IMG/VR virus record: IMGVR_UViG_3300039008_000017
Source of the DNA: a virus
Length of the DNA: 33,410 bases
Strand: one strand, 5' to 3'
The translations under genes and the position numbers were made by a program. The notes beneath the pieces were generated by a model that had not been told where the DNA came from, did not search any database, and saw nothing but the letters and a program-made list of their open reading frames with translations. This document shows, in pieces, positions 32,757 to 33,410 of this stretch (within the stretch, counting starts at the first letter, position 1; each line of letters begins with the position of its first letter).

Positions 32757-32820
32757 AAAAAATACGAGGGGGGGACCTATAGTAACGGAGGGTGTTGCGA
32801 TTTTTCCCCCTACCCCCCTC
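32757..32820 (-). terminator. Terminator- or attenuator-like structure downstream of terS
   Basis: The minus transcript reads GAGGGGGG (32820-32813), a 38-nt loop, CCCCCCCUC (32774-32766), then GUAUUUUUU. The stem is 8 bp of G/C. The long loop makes the call uncertain. Confidence 0.4.
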
Positions 32821-32942
32821 TACCCCCATCGTTGCTTGGCACTTTTTTCCCTCGGAACTGAGCCATCCAGTCGGGGGCTCCAAGAGGCAACCGGTGTCAG
32901 GCTACCGTAGCACAGAGAAGTGATGTTCGATTTGTGTAAGCC

Positions 32943-33323
32943 CTAGTCACCCAGATCAATCGACACCCGGATATCACCAGCCACTTGCACTTGGCTTCTG
33001 TCGATGGGCTTATACCCAGCTCGGTCAAGGATATCCTGAGCAGCTTGGAGCTGAACATACTCACTCTTAGCCCCTTGAGCTAGGCCAGCGACTCGTTGAA
33101 CGGCCATCAAAGCATTCAACCCAAGCCTCTCCTGCGTAGCGCGGTGCATGTATTCCTGCACGTGCGGGAGTTTGAGCGTCTTGTATGCGGTGACCTTACC
33201 AGAATCACCAGCGGCGTATCCTGCCTTCTCAGCGGCCCTTGCGATTGAGCCACCCTCTGTCAGCAGGGTATCAACCAGAGCTTGCTGTTTCTTGGTGAGC
33301 TTACGTTGCACAGGCGTATTCAT
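32943..33323 (-). CDS. terS: Terminase small subunit (Terminase_2-like), 126 aa
   Basis: LTKKQQALVDTLLTEGGSIARAAEKAGYAAGDSGKVTAYKTLKLPHVQEYM matches the terS HTH pattern (LT.KQ..F...Y...GN...AA..AGYS......A..LL..P.V). The ATG at 33323 lies downstream of a sigma70-like promoter; the track start (33389) lies upstream of that promoter. Confidence 0.8.
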   Translation of the reverse strand: MNTPVQRKLTKKQQALVDTLLTEGGSIARAAEKAGYAAGDSGKVTAYKTLKLPHVQEYMHRATQERLGLNALMAVQRVAGLAQGAKSEYVQLQAAQDILDRAGYKPIDRSQVQVAGDIRVSIDLGD

Positions 33324-33410
33324 GAACACCCCCCTTACCCCCCTCTTATCCGCCTTGTAGGAACACCTGTCAATGCACAGGCTCAACATGGCCCAGCGTT
33401 ATTATGGGTG
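33270..33410. repeat. Terminal direct repeat, right copy (identical to 1..141)
   Basis: Exact 141/141 identity with the left end. Confidence 0.95.
33345..33373 (-). promoter_or_regulatory. Sigma70-like promoter for terS: TTGACA-17 nt-GATAAG
   Basis: Read on the minus strand: TTGACA (33373-33368), a 17-nt spacer, then GATAAG (33350-33345), followed by the leader AGGGGGGTAAGGGGGGTGTTC and the ATG. A duplicate lies at 76-104. Confidence 0.55.

Larger units (their letters stand above)
1..33410. mobile_element. Complete podovirus-like dsDNA phage genome (unique length 33,269 bp) with a T7-like virion module but no phage polymerase genes
   Basis: Gene order is terS, terL, portal, scaffold, capsid, gp11-like, gp12-like, three internal virion proteins, gp17-like fibre, lysis. 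Genes are almost gap-free, with many ATGA/TAATG/TGATG stop-start overlaps. The two ends overlap exactly. Confidence 0.85.

Noticed and set aside
32773-32788. T7-type promoter look-alike on the late strand (CCGTTACTATAGGTCC, containing ACTATAGG).
   Set aside because: No single-subunit RNA polymerase gene exists in the genome. I saw the motif only once, and it sits in the loop of the terminator-like structure after terS. A weak resemblance at 1367-1377 (CTACAGTATAG) is not enough to define a promoter family.
32943-33389. Upstream-extended starts given by the ORF track: terS 33389, portal 30363, fibre 15038, 58-aa protein 10563, and the + strand ORFs starting at 3450, 5616, 6199, 8515 and 8732.
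   Set aside because: The extensions overlap the preceding genes or promoters, often begin at TTG or GTG, and have non-protein-like composition. Internal ATG or GTG codons with an SD or a 1-8 nt stop-start overlap were preferred.

Overview
The window is a complete, tightly packed phage genome. Bases 1-141 are identical to 33270-33410, so the unique length is 33,269 bp and the contig closes on itself (circular or terminally redundant).

There are two convergent gene blocks. (1) A rightward early, replication and recombination block runs 803-9841 on the + strand. It holds about 27 mostly small genes: a DUF932-like protein, a DUF6378-like protein, an Hjc-type resolvase, several HTH proteins, a DnaA-domain-IV-like protein, a YqaJ-type exonuclease, a Rad52/Sak-like annealase, and a small protein ending in the SSB tip DDIPF. 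(2) A leftward late block runs 33323 down to 9901 on the - strand. Its order is terS, three small genes, terL, portal, scaffold, a GNAT-like insert, major capsid, T7 gp11/gp12-like tail tube proteins, three internal virion (ejection) proteins of 169, 1096 and 1508 aa, a T7 gp17-like fibre, a second fibre cluster, and a lysis cassette with overlapping Rz/Rz1-type spanins. The spanins imply a Gram-negative host.

I found no RNA polymerase, DNA polymerase, primase, helicase, integrase, tRNA or CRISPR.

The items most worth follow-up are:
- an HExxH zincin motif inside the 1508-aa ejection protein;
- an acyltransferase-like gene wedged between the scaffold and capsid genes;
- a DDIPF-tailed non-canonical SSB candidate;
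- a G-run motif repeated around terS;
- about 700 bp and 358 bp of unexplained non-coding DNA;
- several translationally coupled micro-ORFs below the 60-aa cutoff of the ORF track.

All family names come from reading the translated sequences and from memory of family signatures. No searches were run.
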